Shown: in pieces, positions 27,250 to 36,013 of the stretch
How positions within the stretch are numbered: the stretch's first letter is position 1
How the letters are laid out: every line of letters starts with the position of its first letter
From: Chloroflexota bacterium
Lineage (GTDB): Bacteria > Chloroflexota > Anaerolineae > UBA2200
NCBI GenBank assembly: GCA_030607875.1
Contig: JAUWJD010000007.1
Coordinates: 36,756 to 100,755, forward strand
Direction: 5' to 3'
Length of the DNA stretch: 64,000 nucleotides
The notes under the pieces: model-generated
What the model was told of the DNA's origin: nothing
The model's database searches: none
The model's input: the letters and a program-made list of their open reading frames with translations, nothing else
Made by a program: the position numbers and the translations under genes

Positions 27250-29352
27250 ATGGATCTAGGGAAGTTGGTCGCCGGACTGGCTGTGGTTATCGGAATCATG
27301 GCCGGCATTGTGCAGGTGCTGGATTATTTGCAGAAGCAGCGGGAGAAAAAGCGCGGGGCGATAACCAGCAAGGTTATCGCCCCGCCTCCACACTCGTCAG
27401 CGATGCCCAGTAACCTGCCGCCACGAAGCGAGTTCATCGGACGGGAGAGGGAGAAAGCCTTGGTGCGGGAGGCGCTGGCCTCTCGCTATCCCATAACCTG
27501 CATTGACGGCATCGGCGGCATTGGCAAGACGGCGCTGGCTCTAGAAGTGGCCAATGAGTGCTTGCAGGCCAGCAAAGGCGAAATGCCCGCTGACGGCATC
27601 CCCACGTTCGACGGCTTCATCTGGACCACGGCCAAGGACCGCGAGTTGACCCTGAATGACGTGTTGGATGCCATCGCTCGCACCCTGGACTACCTCGGCA
27701 TCGCCCAACAGCCGCTAGAGGAGAAGCAGGAGTCGGTGCGCAGGCTGCTGCAAAGCAAGCGGTGTCTGGTCATCGTGGACAACTTCGAGACAGTGAAGGA
27801 CTCCGCTGTGCGGGACTTCCTACTGCGGCTGCCGGAGCCATCCAAAGTGCTGATCACCAGCCGAGAGCAGAAGCTGCGCCAGGCCTGGGCCGTGTCGCTC
27901 AAGGGGCTGGAACCACCAGAAGCCTTGACCCTCATCCGCAGTGAAGGCCGACGACTGGGCCTAGCCTCAATGGAGAAGGCCGAAGAGCGGGTGCTGTTGC
28001 GCCTCTACAAAGCCACCGGCGGGGCTCCACTGGCCATCAAGTGGGCTGTGGGGCAAATCAAACAGAAGGGCCAAACACTGGACAGGGTGCTAGCGGCCCT
28101 GTACGGGGCCAAGGGCGACATCTTCGAGGAAGTTTTCGCTCGCTCTTGGTCGCTGCTGACCGACGACGCGCGGCGCATCCTGATGGTCATGCCCATCTTC
28201 GTCGCTTCGGCGTCTCGGGATGCCATAGAAGCCGCTAGTGACGTACACCACTACGGCTTGGACGAGGGGCTGGGGCAGTTAGTGGAGATGTGGCTGGTGG
28301 AAGCTACCGATGAACTGGACGTGGCCAAGCGACGGTATAGCATTCACCCGCTGACGAGGGCGTATGCTGGGGCCAAGTTGAGGGAGAATGCGGACTGGGA
28401 GAGAGAAGCAAGACTGCGAGCTGCTGATTACTTCGTTCATCTCACGGAGAGGCATGGCTGGCGGTGGGATACACAAGGGATTACCATGTTCGATGTGCAA
28501 CGACTCGAACCCGAGCGAGAGAATGTGCTCGCCATAATGGACTGGTGTTACGAGACAGGCGAATGGCAAATCTTACTCTCCCTGGCCTTGGGAATGAGCG
28601 GGTTCTTAGGTTTGTGTGGCTATTGGCAAGAACGTCTGATCTATGGACAGCGAGGTGCCGAGGCGGCGGAGCACATAGGAGACGATAGGTCGTTGGCTTG
28701 GCTAAGCATGTTGATGGCCTGGGTGTACCTTAACCGCGGTAGTCACGGACAGGCGAGGTCGCTGATGAAAGAGAGCCAGGTGATCTTCGAGAGAATTGGA
28801 GCTTGGGAAGGCACTTGCGTGGCGCTCAGGTATTTGGGGAGGATCGCGCGTGAGACAGGCGCATTTGAGGAAGCAAAACAACTAGGTGAAAAAGCGCTCG
28901 AGATTGCTCGAGTGCAAAATCATAGGAATTATGCGAGCGACCTTTATCGGGATTTCGGAACACTTGCATTGGAGCAAGGACAATATGCAGAGGCCCAGCA
29001 GTGGTGCCAAAAGGCACTCGACGAAATAGAAAAACCTGGAAACGAAGAGAGATTGGGCAATATCCTCATTGGCCTTGCTAGCGCAAAGCTCATGCGGGGC
29101 GAGATCAATGACGCAGGGCGGCTGTTCGAAACGGCATTGGAACTCGTTCAGATGTTTGGTAGACAAGACAATATCGCTCATGCTAAGCACGGTTTGGCAA
29201 AAGTCAACAGCGAAAAGGGCGATCTTGGAGAAGCGCTGAAACTGGCGCGAGAGGCTCTGGGAACCTACGTGCGGCTGGAGATGCGGCAAGAGGCTAATGA
29301 GACGAAGCTGCTGGTGAGGAGGCTAGAGAAGAAGCTGTCGGTGGATAGATAA
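27250..29352 (+). CDS. STAND NTPase: N-terminal TM helix + NB-ARC + C-terminal TPR repeats (NLR-like)
   Basis: LVAGLAVVIGIMAGIVQVL (TM), GIGGIGKTALA (Walker A), CLVIVDNFE (Walker B), VLITSR, GGAPLAI and IHPLTR (MHD position), then TPR-like repeats to the C-terminus. The ATG at 27250 has GAGG 8 nt upstream. The ORF could also start at 27214. Confidence 0.85.
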   Translation: MDLGKLVAGLAVVIGIMAGIVQVLDYLQKQREKKRGAITSKVIAPPPHSSAMPSNLPPRSEFIGREREKALVREALASRYPITCIDGIGGIGKTALALEVANECLQASKGEMPADGIPTFDGFIWTTAKDRELTLNDVLDAIARTLDYLGIAQQPLEEKQESVRRLLQSKRCLVIVDNFETVKDSAVRDFLLRLPEPSKVLITSREQKLRQAWAVSLKGLEPPEALTLIRSEGRRLGLASMEKAEERVLLRLYKATGGAPLAIKWAVGQIKQKGQTLDRVLAALYGAKGDIFEEVFARSWSLLTDDARRILMVMPIFVASASRDAIEAASDVHHYGLDEGLGQLVEMWLVEATDELDVAKRRYSIHPLTRAYAGAKLRENADWEREARLRAADYFVHLTERHGWRWDTQGITMFDVQRLEPERENVLAIMDWCYETGEWQILLSLALGMSGFLGLCGYWQERLIYGQRGAEAAEHIGDDRSLAWLSMLMAWVYLNRGSHGQARSLMKESQVIFERIGAWEGTCVALRYLGRIARETGAFEEAKQLGEKALEIARVQNHRNYASDLYRDFGTLALEQGQYAEAQQWCQKALDEIEKPGNEERLGNILIGLASAKLMRGEINDAGRLFETALELVQMFGRQDNIAHAKHGLAKVNSEKGDLGEALKLAREALGTYVRLEMRQEANETKLLVRRLEKKLSVDR

Positions 29353-29537
29353 CGGAGAAGTGAGTTACAAATGAATTACCTATTACTTACCCAACCAGTT
29401 CTGCTCCACCATCACGTCGTCCGGCAGGGTGCAGCTGTGCATCGGCGACTGGACTAGGAGAGTTGGCAACACAGCCGGTCGCGAGAAATTCGTGTAATCC
29501 GCCGTTCGCCCCGCTCGACGGGGTGTCGTGCTCGTGC

Positions 29538-30317
29538 TTACGACAGCGTCAGGATCTCAGGCTCGCCATCGCTCACCGCGATGGTGTGCTCAAAGTGGGC
29601 GCAGAGGCTGTGATCCTTGGTGGTCACCGTCCAGGTGTCGCGCTTGACGTACACTTCCGGTTGCCCGATCATGATCATCGGCTCCAGCGCATAGGTCATG
29701 CCCGCGCGCAGATGGATGCCATGCCCACGCTTGCCCCAATTGGGTATCTGCGGGTCTTCGTGCATCTCCCGTCCCACGCCATGGCCAGTATACTCGCGCA
29801 CCACGTTGTAGCCGTGGCGCTCGGCGTGTGCCTGGATGGCGGCAGACACGTCCCCCAGTCGATTGCCCACGCGCGAGGCCTCGATGGCCTTGTACAGCGC
29901 CTCCTCGGTGACACGCAGCAAACGCTCCGCCTGCTCGGAGATGTGGCCCACACCGATGGTGAAAGCAGCGTCGCCGACAAAGCCCTGGTAGATGCAGCCA
30001 CAATCCAGGCTGATGATATCGCCTTCCACCAACACACGACGGCGGCTGGGGATGCCATGCACCAACTCATCGTTGACGCTGGCGGTGATGGTGGCTGGGT
30101 AGGGGCGAGCGGAACGCCGGGGGCTGGGGTTGGGGTAGCCCAAGAAGGCAGGGACGGCACCGTGCGAACGGAGCACGTCCTCAGCGATGGAGTCCAGTTC
30201 AGCGGTGGTTACGCCGGGGTGCACAGCGCGGCGCATGGCCTCCAGGGCCAGGGCGTTGATGCGTCCTGCCTCACGCAGCAGAGCGATTTCTTCGCGTGTC
30301 TTGATGATGATGGCCAC
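29538..30317 (-). CDS. map: Methionine aminopeptidase, type I
   Basis: 259 aa: MAIIIKTREEIALLREAGRI..., the metal-ligand contexts DIISLDCG, GHGVG and EPMI, and a C-terminal HFEHT. Confidence 0.95.
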   Translation of the reverse strand: MAIIIKTREEIALLREAGRINALALEAMRRAVHPGVTTAELDSIAEDVLRSHGAVPAFLGYPNPSPRRSARPYPATITASVNDELVHGIPSRRRVLVEGDIISLDCGCIYQGFVGDAAFTIGVGHISEQAERLLRVTEEALYKAIEASRVGNRLGDVSAAIQAHAERHGYNVVREYTGHGVGREMHEDPQIPNWGKRGHGIHLRAGMTYALEPMIMIGQPEVYVKRDTWTVTTKDHSLCAHFEHTIAVSDGEPEILTLS

Positions 30318-30496
30318 CCTCGTCGCCTCCCTCGCGTTTTGTCAGCACAGTCCAAGGCGCTGCGCCAAGCCTGTGGAGTATACCGCGAGTTGAGCAGGCC
30401 GTCAATGGGGGCCGACAAGACACGGCGTGATCGCCGAAGGAGTCAGAGGACTCGGCCAGACTACGCCGAAGGAGTGGCACAATGGAGGGGCTGTGG

Positions 30497-31303
30497 TTAG
30501 TCTTCCAGGAAGCAAAGCAGTCCAGCGACAATGCCCTCGGCCAGCACGTCCGGACGATTGACCAGGATGTCGCGATCGGCGCCCAGGAAGCCCATCTCGA
30601 TAATCGCGGCCGGCGTCTGGGGGTCAACCTCGAGAAAGGCATGATATCCGTGCATATCGGGCGTGATGCTGTAGTCGTGCCGTGGCAACCCCGTGATGCG
30701 TCCGTACTCCTGGTAGAGACATTCCACCAGCACATCCTCGATCTCCGGTATGGCGCTGAACGAAACCCGGGCTACTTTGAACCCACTGGCTTCCGGTACG
30801 TCGCAGGCGTCCGCGTGGATGGATAGAAATGCATCAGCACGGTAGCCGCTTAATCGATCATCGTATTCTTCCAGCAGGTCAACCTCGTAGCCCCGGTCGC
30901 GCAGTGCAGCCACCACTCTTTGGGAAACCGCCAGGTTGATGTCCACCTCGCGCAATCCATCGGGGCAGACTGCGCCCGGGTCATTCTCTGGCCCAGAATG
31001 CCCGGACAGGATGCCTAGGCGTTTTGGTTTCGGCGTGGGGCTGAGCGTAGGTCCGCCGGGCGTAATGGTAGGCCCCGCAGTTGGGGAACGCGTAGGTGTC
31101 GGAGATTGTGTGGTTGTGGGAACAGGTGTCCCGGTGGCGGAACCTGGTGATTCCCGGCGCCGGGCGGCGAACACAGCCAGCGCCACAGCAGCCACCGTAA
31201 CGACCAGCAGCAAAAGCTGCACCTGGCGCACCAGGCAGCCGATCCGTTTCCGGCGTAGCCTCTGTCCTTTTGTGCTGCGGCGGACCTTGGACATCTGTGA
31301 CAT
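30497..31303 (-). CDS. N-acetylmuramoyl-L-alanine amidase (Amidase_3 family), membrane-anchored
   Basis: A TM segment, a PT-rich linker, then ILSGHSG...DPGAV...EVDINL...FLSIHADA. Confidence 0.85.
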   Translation of the reverse strand: MSQMSKVRRSTKGQRLRRKRIGCLVRQVQLLLLVVTVAAVALAVFAARRRESPGSATGTPVPTTTQSPTPTRSPTAGPTITPGGPTLSPTPKPKRLGILSGHSGPENDPGAVCPDGLREVDINLAVSQRVVAALRDRGYEVDLLEEYDDRLSGYRADAFLSIHADACDVPEASGFKVARVSFSAIPEIEDVLVECLYQEYGRITGLPRHDYSITPDMHGYHAFLEVDPQTPAAIIEMGFLGADRDILVNRPDVLAEGIVAGLLCFLED

Positions 31304-31387
31304 CCCCTACCTTCTGGCTGGGCGAATCATATCCCGATTTGCCATTTGCGTCAACAACCCTGCATCATGTACTCATGTACCCGTGAT

Positions 31388-31416
31388 TTGACAAAATAGA
31401 ACATTTGTGCTATTCT
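31388..31416 (+). promoter_or_regulatory. Consensus-like promoter with extended -10, firing into the heptamer-repeat region
   Basis: TTGACA, 17 nt ending in TGC, TATTCT. An ATG (31424) sits at the expected transcription start. Confidence 0.5.
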
Positions 31417-31460
31417 CCCAGCTATGACAACTTGCAGCAACCCAACCACAATCCCATTTG

Positions 31461-31598
31461 CCGCTACCACCCATCACCCACTACCCGCTACCCACAACCC
31501 ATCCTCCCTTTTTTCGGCAAACGAACCCATTTTTCACAAATGTACATCGTCCCCAGCCACCCACTACCCACTACCCATCACCCACCACCCACTACCCA
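31461..31598 (+). repeat. Two blocks of tandem heptanucleotide repeats (CCCAYYA)n separated by about 45 nt
   Basis: Block 1 (31461-31504) reads ..CCCATCA CCCACTA CCCGCTA CCCACAA CCCATCC. Block 2 (31551-31598) reads ..CCCACTA CCCACTA CCCATCA CCCACCA CCCACTA CCCA. The + strand has almost no G here. Confidence 0.85.
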
Positions 31599-31945
31599 TG
31601 ACTAGTCCCAAGACCGTTACTGCGAAGCGTCCCGCTCCTGGCGGGGCTGCCGCAGGTCCCGCCATCACTTGGGCGGGGCGAAGCGTCTCGCCCGGCAGGT
31701 TGGCGAGGCTGCGAAGCGTCTCGCCGCGGTCTGGCGAGGCCAGTAAACAGCTTGCCGCCAACCGCCGCAACGCCCAGCGCTCCACCGGGTCCCGCACCCC
31801 CGATGGCAAAGCTCGCAGCCGCTGGAACGCCCTCAAGCACTCCCCGAACCCTCTTTCTCTCCCCTCACCTGCGGCGAGACCTTTGACAGTTCTAGGAGAG
31901 GAGGGGGCGCAAGCGCAGGGACGCAGAAGAAGGTGAGGGCGCAAT

Positions 31946-31973
31946 TTGACAAGAAATACATTCTGCCTATAAT
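31946..31973 (+). promoter_or_regulatory. pheST promoter
   Basis: TTGACA, 16 nt, TATAAT. Confidence 0.6.
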
Positions 31974-31979
31974 GACCAT

Positions 31980-32304
31980 AACGGCTGTGACGGAGAGAGT
32001 AAGCCAGGGAGAGCCCACAGGGAGAGGGGGTCGCCGACTGCAAGCCCGCTCAGGTGGTACCTGGCCGAAGTTCACTCCTGAGCCGACAACTGAAACGGAT
32101 GCTAGAGGCATCTGCAAGTAGGTTGCTCCGGAAGCCCACCGTTAGCGGGGCAACTGGTAAGCCTCGTTCAACAGTGAACGCTGGCTGCCGGTGCAAAGCG
32201 GGCCCGCATCGATCGGGCCAAACAGGGTGGTACCACGGAGACCCGGCGGTTGCGACTTCGTCCCTGAAGTCACAGCCGTTTTCTTTTTCAACGGGAGGGG
32301 AAAA
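31980..32304 (+). promoter_or_regulatory. T-box leader (Phe) upstream of pheS
   Basis: The T-box sequence AAACAGGGTGGTACCACGG is at 32220-32238. A terminator-like stem CGGTTGCGACTTC..GAAGTCACAGCCG plus TTTTCTTTTT is at 32248-32290. A candidate UUC-A specifier is at 32071-32074, in the loop of the GCTCAGG/CCTGAGC hairpin. Confidence 0.8.
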
Positions 32305-33333
32305 ATGCTCGACCAATTGAACGGACTGGAGAAGACGGCCCTGGACGAACTTCACAGTCTGGCCTCGATGGAGGCTCTGGAAGCATGGCGTCTCGCTTAC
32401 CTGGGCCGCAAAGGGTCCCTGACCAGCGTCTTGCGCAGTCTGGGCAAGCTGCCGCCAGAGCAGCGGCCTGCGGCCGGTCGGGAAACCAACCGGGTTAAGC
32501 TGGCCCTGGAACAGGCCTACGGGGAGCAGGCAGCGGCGCTCAAACGTGAGCAGACCTTGCGCCAACTCTCGCAGGAGCAGATCGACGTGACCCTGCCAGG
32601 CAGGCCAGTGGAGCCCGGCTATCTGCACGTCAGCACGCAGACGCTGTGCGAGATCTATGCCATCTTTGCCGCGATGGGCTTTCAGGTCGTGGAGACGCCG
32701 GAAGTGGAGACCGACAACAACAACTTCCAGTTGCTGAACATCCCGCCCTACCATCCGGCGCGTGACATGTGGAGCACGTTCCATACCACGCGCGAGGGTG
32801 TGTTGCTGCGCACGCACACTTCGCCCGGACAGATCCGGGTGATGCGCCAGTACTGCCCGGAGCCGATCCGCGTCATCCTGCCAGGCAAGTGCTACCGCTA
32901 CGAGCAGGTCACGGCCCGCCACGAGTCCATGTTCTACCAGGTCGAGGGCCTGGCGGTAGGCCGCCACGTAACGATGGGCGACCTGAAAGGTGTGCTGACT
33001 CACTTTGCCCGGCAGATGTTCGGCGCCAACCGCAAGGTTCGCTTTCGCTGCAGCTACTTCCCGTTCACCGAGCCGAGTGCCGAAATGGACATGGACTGCA
33101 TCATCTGTGGGGGCAAAGGTTGTCGCGTGTGCGAGCACACTGGCTGGCTGGAAATCCTGGGATCGGGCATGGTGCACCCGCAGGTGCTGAAGAACGGCGG
33201 CTACGACCCTGCGGTGTACAGCGGTTTCGCCTTCGGCATGGGGCCGGAACGCATCGCCATGCTCAAGCACGGCATTGAACACATCCGCTACTTCTTCGCC
33301 AACGACCTGCGCTTCCTGCAGCAGTTTGCCTAA
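32305..33333 (+). CDS. pheS: Phenylalanine--tRNA ligase alpha subunit
   Basis: The start MLDQLNGLEK has GGGAGGGG upstream. Class II motifs include FRCSYFPFTEPS and GSGMVHP..L. Confidence 0.97.
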   Translation: MLDQLNGLEKTALDELHSLASMEALEAWRLAYLGRKGSLTSVLRSLGKLPPEQRPAAGRETNRVKLALEQAYGEQAAALKREQTLRQLSQEQIDVTLPGRPVEPGYLHVSTQTLCEIYAIFAAMGFQVVETPEVETDNNNFQLLNIPPYHPARDMWSTFHTTREGVLLRTHTSPGQIRVMRQYCPEPIRVILPGKCYRYEQVTARHESMFYQVEGLAVGRHVTMGDLKGVLTHFARQMFGANRKVRFRCSYFPFTEPSAEMDMDCIICGGKGCRVCEHTGWLEILGSGMVHPQVLKNGGYDPAVYSGFAFGMGPERIAMLKHGIEHIRYFFANDLRFLQQFA

Positions 33334-33390
33334 CCAGTTTCCAGTTGCCTGTTTCCAGTAGACCGGCCACTGTCGTAAGGAGATAAGATC

Positions 33391-35856
33391 ATGAGAGTAC
33401 CGTTAAGCTGGTTGAAAGAATACGTAGACATCGTGCTGCCTGTGCCCGAACTGGCTGAACGCATGACCCTGGCCGGGCTGGAGGTGGAATCCACTAAACG
33501 CATTGGCGCGGAGTGGGGCCGGGACAAGATTGTGGTCGGCGAGATTGTTGAGGTGCGCCCGCATCCCAATGCCGATCGCTTGACCATTGCCGTGGTCGAT
33601 CACGGAGCGAGCGAGCCAGAGGCTGTGGTCACCGGCGCAGCCAATATCAAGATAGGTGACCACGGCCAGAAGGTGGCCTTTGCCCGCACTGGCGCCAGGC
33701 TCATCGATGGCTACTCCGAAGAGAGACGCTACGTGAAGCTCAAGCCGACCAAAATCCGCGGTGTGCGGTCGGCGGGCATGGTTTGTTCGGAGAAGGAGCT
33801 CGGGCTGTCGGATGAGCACGAAGGCATCCTGATCCTGGACGATGATGCCCCGGTGGGCGTGCCCTTGCAGGATTACCTCGGCGATACGGTTTTGGACATC
33901 GACCTGACGCCCAATCTGGGACGCTGCCTGTCCATCATCGGCGTGGCTCGTGAGGTGGCCGCGCTCACTGGTCAGCCGCTCAAGCTGCCTGAGCCAACGA
34001 TGAAAGCCGGAGGCGCGCCCATTGCGGGCCAGATCGAGCTCGAGATTGCCGATCCTGATCTGTGCTCGCGCTACAGCGCTGCGTTGATCAAAGGGGTAAA
34101 GGTCGGCCCTTCGCCCTTGTGGATGCAGCAACGTCTGCGAGCAGCAGGAATGCGCTCCATCAATAACATCGTGGACATCACCAACTATGTGATGCTGGAA
34201 TGGGGGCAGCCGCTGCATGCCTTTGACTATGACAGATTGCGTGGCCGAGGGGATGGTGATAACCCGGTGATCATCGTGCGCCGCGCCAGGCCGGGGGAGA
34301 GAATCACCACTCTGGACGGCGTCGAGCGCCAACTCGAGTCGGAGATGCTGCTCATCACCGACGGCGGGGGCCCGGTGGCCATTGCTGGCGTCATGGGTGG
34401 TTTGGAGACTGAGATTGGCCTGAGCGCCACGAACGTGCTGTTGGAATCGGCCAATTTCAACAATCTCAATAACCGGCGTACTTCAGAGTTGCTCAAGCTG
34501 CCCAGCGAAGCATCGCTGCGTTTCGGGCGTGGCCTGCCACCCGAGACCACCGTCATCGCCGCACGGCGCGCCAGTGAGTACATGCGCCAACTGGCAGGTG
34601 GCGTCATCGCGGACGGGATCGCCGATGCCTATCCGGTCAAACCAGCGGCCAAGACCATCGCTCTGGCAGCGGCAGAGGCCGAACGCCTGCTGGGCATCAA
34701 GCTCAGCCGCCAGCGCATTGTGGAGATCCTAGAGTCGCTCGGGTTCACCTGTGAGCCTGGCAAGCGCGCAGCTCCGATTCACGTTACAGTGCCCTATTAC
34801 CGCCTCGACGTCGAGATTGCGGCAGATCTGGTGGAAGAGGTAGCGCGCATCTACGGGTACGACGAGATACCGGACACGCTGCTGCGCGACGAACTGCCGC
34901 CGCAGCGCCGCAACCTGGCTCTGGAGGGCGAGCAGCGCGTCCGCGCTCTCCTCGTTGGCAGCGGGCTGGCCGAAGTGATCACCTACTCGCTGACCAACCT
35001 GCAAAGCGTGGCCAAACTGGATCCAACGCAGGAAGCAGTAGATGCGGCGAACTACATCCGGCTGGCCAATCCATTGACCAGTGAGCGGGAGTACATGCGG
35101 CGCACATTGATGAACTCTCTGCTAGAGACCCTGCGTGACAACCTGCGCTTTAACGACCGTGTGGACATCTTTGAGATCGCCAGAGTATACCTGCCGCAGC
35201 CCGACCAGGAGCTGCCGGACGAGCCCCGCCGCCTGGGCATTGCCATGAGCGGCCCACGCCACGATGCCCACTGGACGGGTGCAAGCGATGAAACGCTCGA
35301 CTTTTACGACTTGAAGGGTGTGGTGGAAACACTGCTGGATCGCCTGCGCGTTGGCGACTGCACTTTTGCGCCGACGGAGCACCCTACTTTCCAAAATGGA
35401 AGGGCGGCCACGGTATCGGTCGGTGGTACGGAAATCGGCGTGCTCGGAGAGGTGCACCCGTTGGTGCGGGAGAATTTCGACCTGCCCGAGCAGCGCGTCT
35501 GTCTGCTGGAGATCGACCTGGAAGCACTTCTGGCACAGGTGCCCTCTGTGTACTACTACCAGGCCGTCTCACGCTTCCCGGCCGCAGTGCGAGATTTGGC
35601 CCTGATCGTCGAGGAAAGCGTCCCGGCGGTGCAGGTGCGCGACGCCATGGCCAAAGCGGGCGGAAAGCTGCTGCAGAAGGTCGAACTGTTCGACGTGTAT
35701 CGCGGTGAGCAAATCCCACCCGGCAAGAAGAGCCTGGCCTACACACTCACCTACCAGGCGGTGGATCGCACGCTGACCGACGAAGAAGTGAACCGCCTCC
35801 AGACGCGCTTACAGAAGAAACTGGAGAGGGAGCTAGGGGCACAGTTGCGCGCCTGA
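33391..35856 (+). CDS. pheT: Phenylalanine--tRNA ligase beta subunit
   Basis: MRVPLSWLKEYVD..., 821 aa, with the tRNA-binding, B3/4, B5 and FDX-ACB domain order. Confidence 0.97.
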   Translation: MRVPLSWLKEYVDIVLPVPELAERMTLAGLEVESTKRIGAEWGRDKIVVGEIVEVRPHPNADRLTIAVVDHGASEPEAVVTGAANIKIGDHGQKVAFARTGARLIDGYSEERRYVKLKPTKIRGVRSAGMVCSEKELGLSDEHEGILILDDDAPVGVPLQDYLGDTVLDIDLTPNLGRCLSIIGVAREVAALTGQPLKLPEPTMKAGGAPIAGQIELEIADPDLCSRYSAALIKGVKVGPSPLWMQQRLRAAGMRSINNIVDITNYVMLEWGQPLHAFDYDRLRGRGDGDNPVIIVRRARPGERITTLDGVERQLESEMLLITDGGGPVAIAGVMGGLETEIGLSATNVLLESANFNNLNNRRTSELLKLPSEASLRFGRGLPPETTVIAARRASEYMRQLAGGVIADGIADAYPVKPAAKTIALAAAEAERLLGIKLSRQRIVEILESLGFTCEPGKRAAPIHVTVPYYRLDVEIAADLVEEVARIYGYDEIPDTLLRDELPPQRRNLALEGEQRVRALLVGSGLAEVITYSLTNLQSVAKLDPTQEAVDAANYIRLANPLTSEREYMRRTLMNSLLETLRDNLRFNDRVDIFEIARVYLPQPDQELPDEPRRLGIAMSGPRHDAHWTGASDETLDFYDLKGVVETLLDRLRVGDCTFAPTEHPTFQNGRAATVSVGGTEIGVLGEVHPLVRENFDLPEQRVCLLEIDLEALLAQVPSVYYYQAVSRFPAAVRDLALIVEESVPAVQVRDAMAKAGGKLLQKVELFDVYRGEQIPPGKKSLAYTLTYQAVDRTLTDEEVNRLQTRLQKKLERELGAQLRA

Positions 35857-35877
35857 ACACGGCACGCAAAGCAAGCA

Positions 35878-35913
35878 AAGAGACCGGACGAGAACGCCGT
35901 CCGGTCTCTTGTT
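35878..35913 (+). terminator. Intrinsic terminator after pheT
   Basis: AGAGACCGGACG AGAACGC CGTCCGGTCTCT followed by TGTTTA. Confidence 0.8.
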
Positions 35914-35928
35914 TATGCCGGGATGCAT

Positions 35929-35957
35929 TTGGGATGTCAATGGGGCTGTGCTATACT
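35929..35957 (+). promoter_or_regulatory. Putative mutS2 promoter (extended -10)
   Basis: TTGGGA, 17 nt ending in TGC, TATACT. Confidence 0.4.
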
Positions 35958-36013
35958 TGCGCGTGGAGGGCGGGGGCATGCCCTCGATTGCATTCACCAT
36001 TTAGGCGCAGAAC

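Noticed and set aside
31461-31598. Possible CRISPR array or telomere-like repeat
   Set aside because: The units are 7 nt with no spacers, so it is not CRISPR. The element is internal to a chromosome-like context with genes on both sides, so it is not a replicon end.
31424-31936. 170-aa ORF starting at the predicted transcription start downstream of the 31388 promoter
   Set aside because: I did not call it as a CDS. The N-terminal two-thirds are translation of the heptamer and GC-rich repeats. Only a ~30-aa stretch looks like a real protein motif, and it is truncated. It is kept as part of a finding instead.
32051-32064. Second GGTGGTACC motif that could be read as another T-box sequence
   Set aside because: It lies about 170 nt upstream of the real T-box/terminator pair, inside the hairpin that holds the candidate specifier. 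No terminator follows it.
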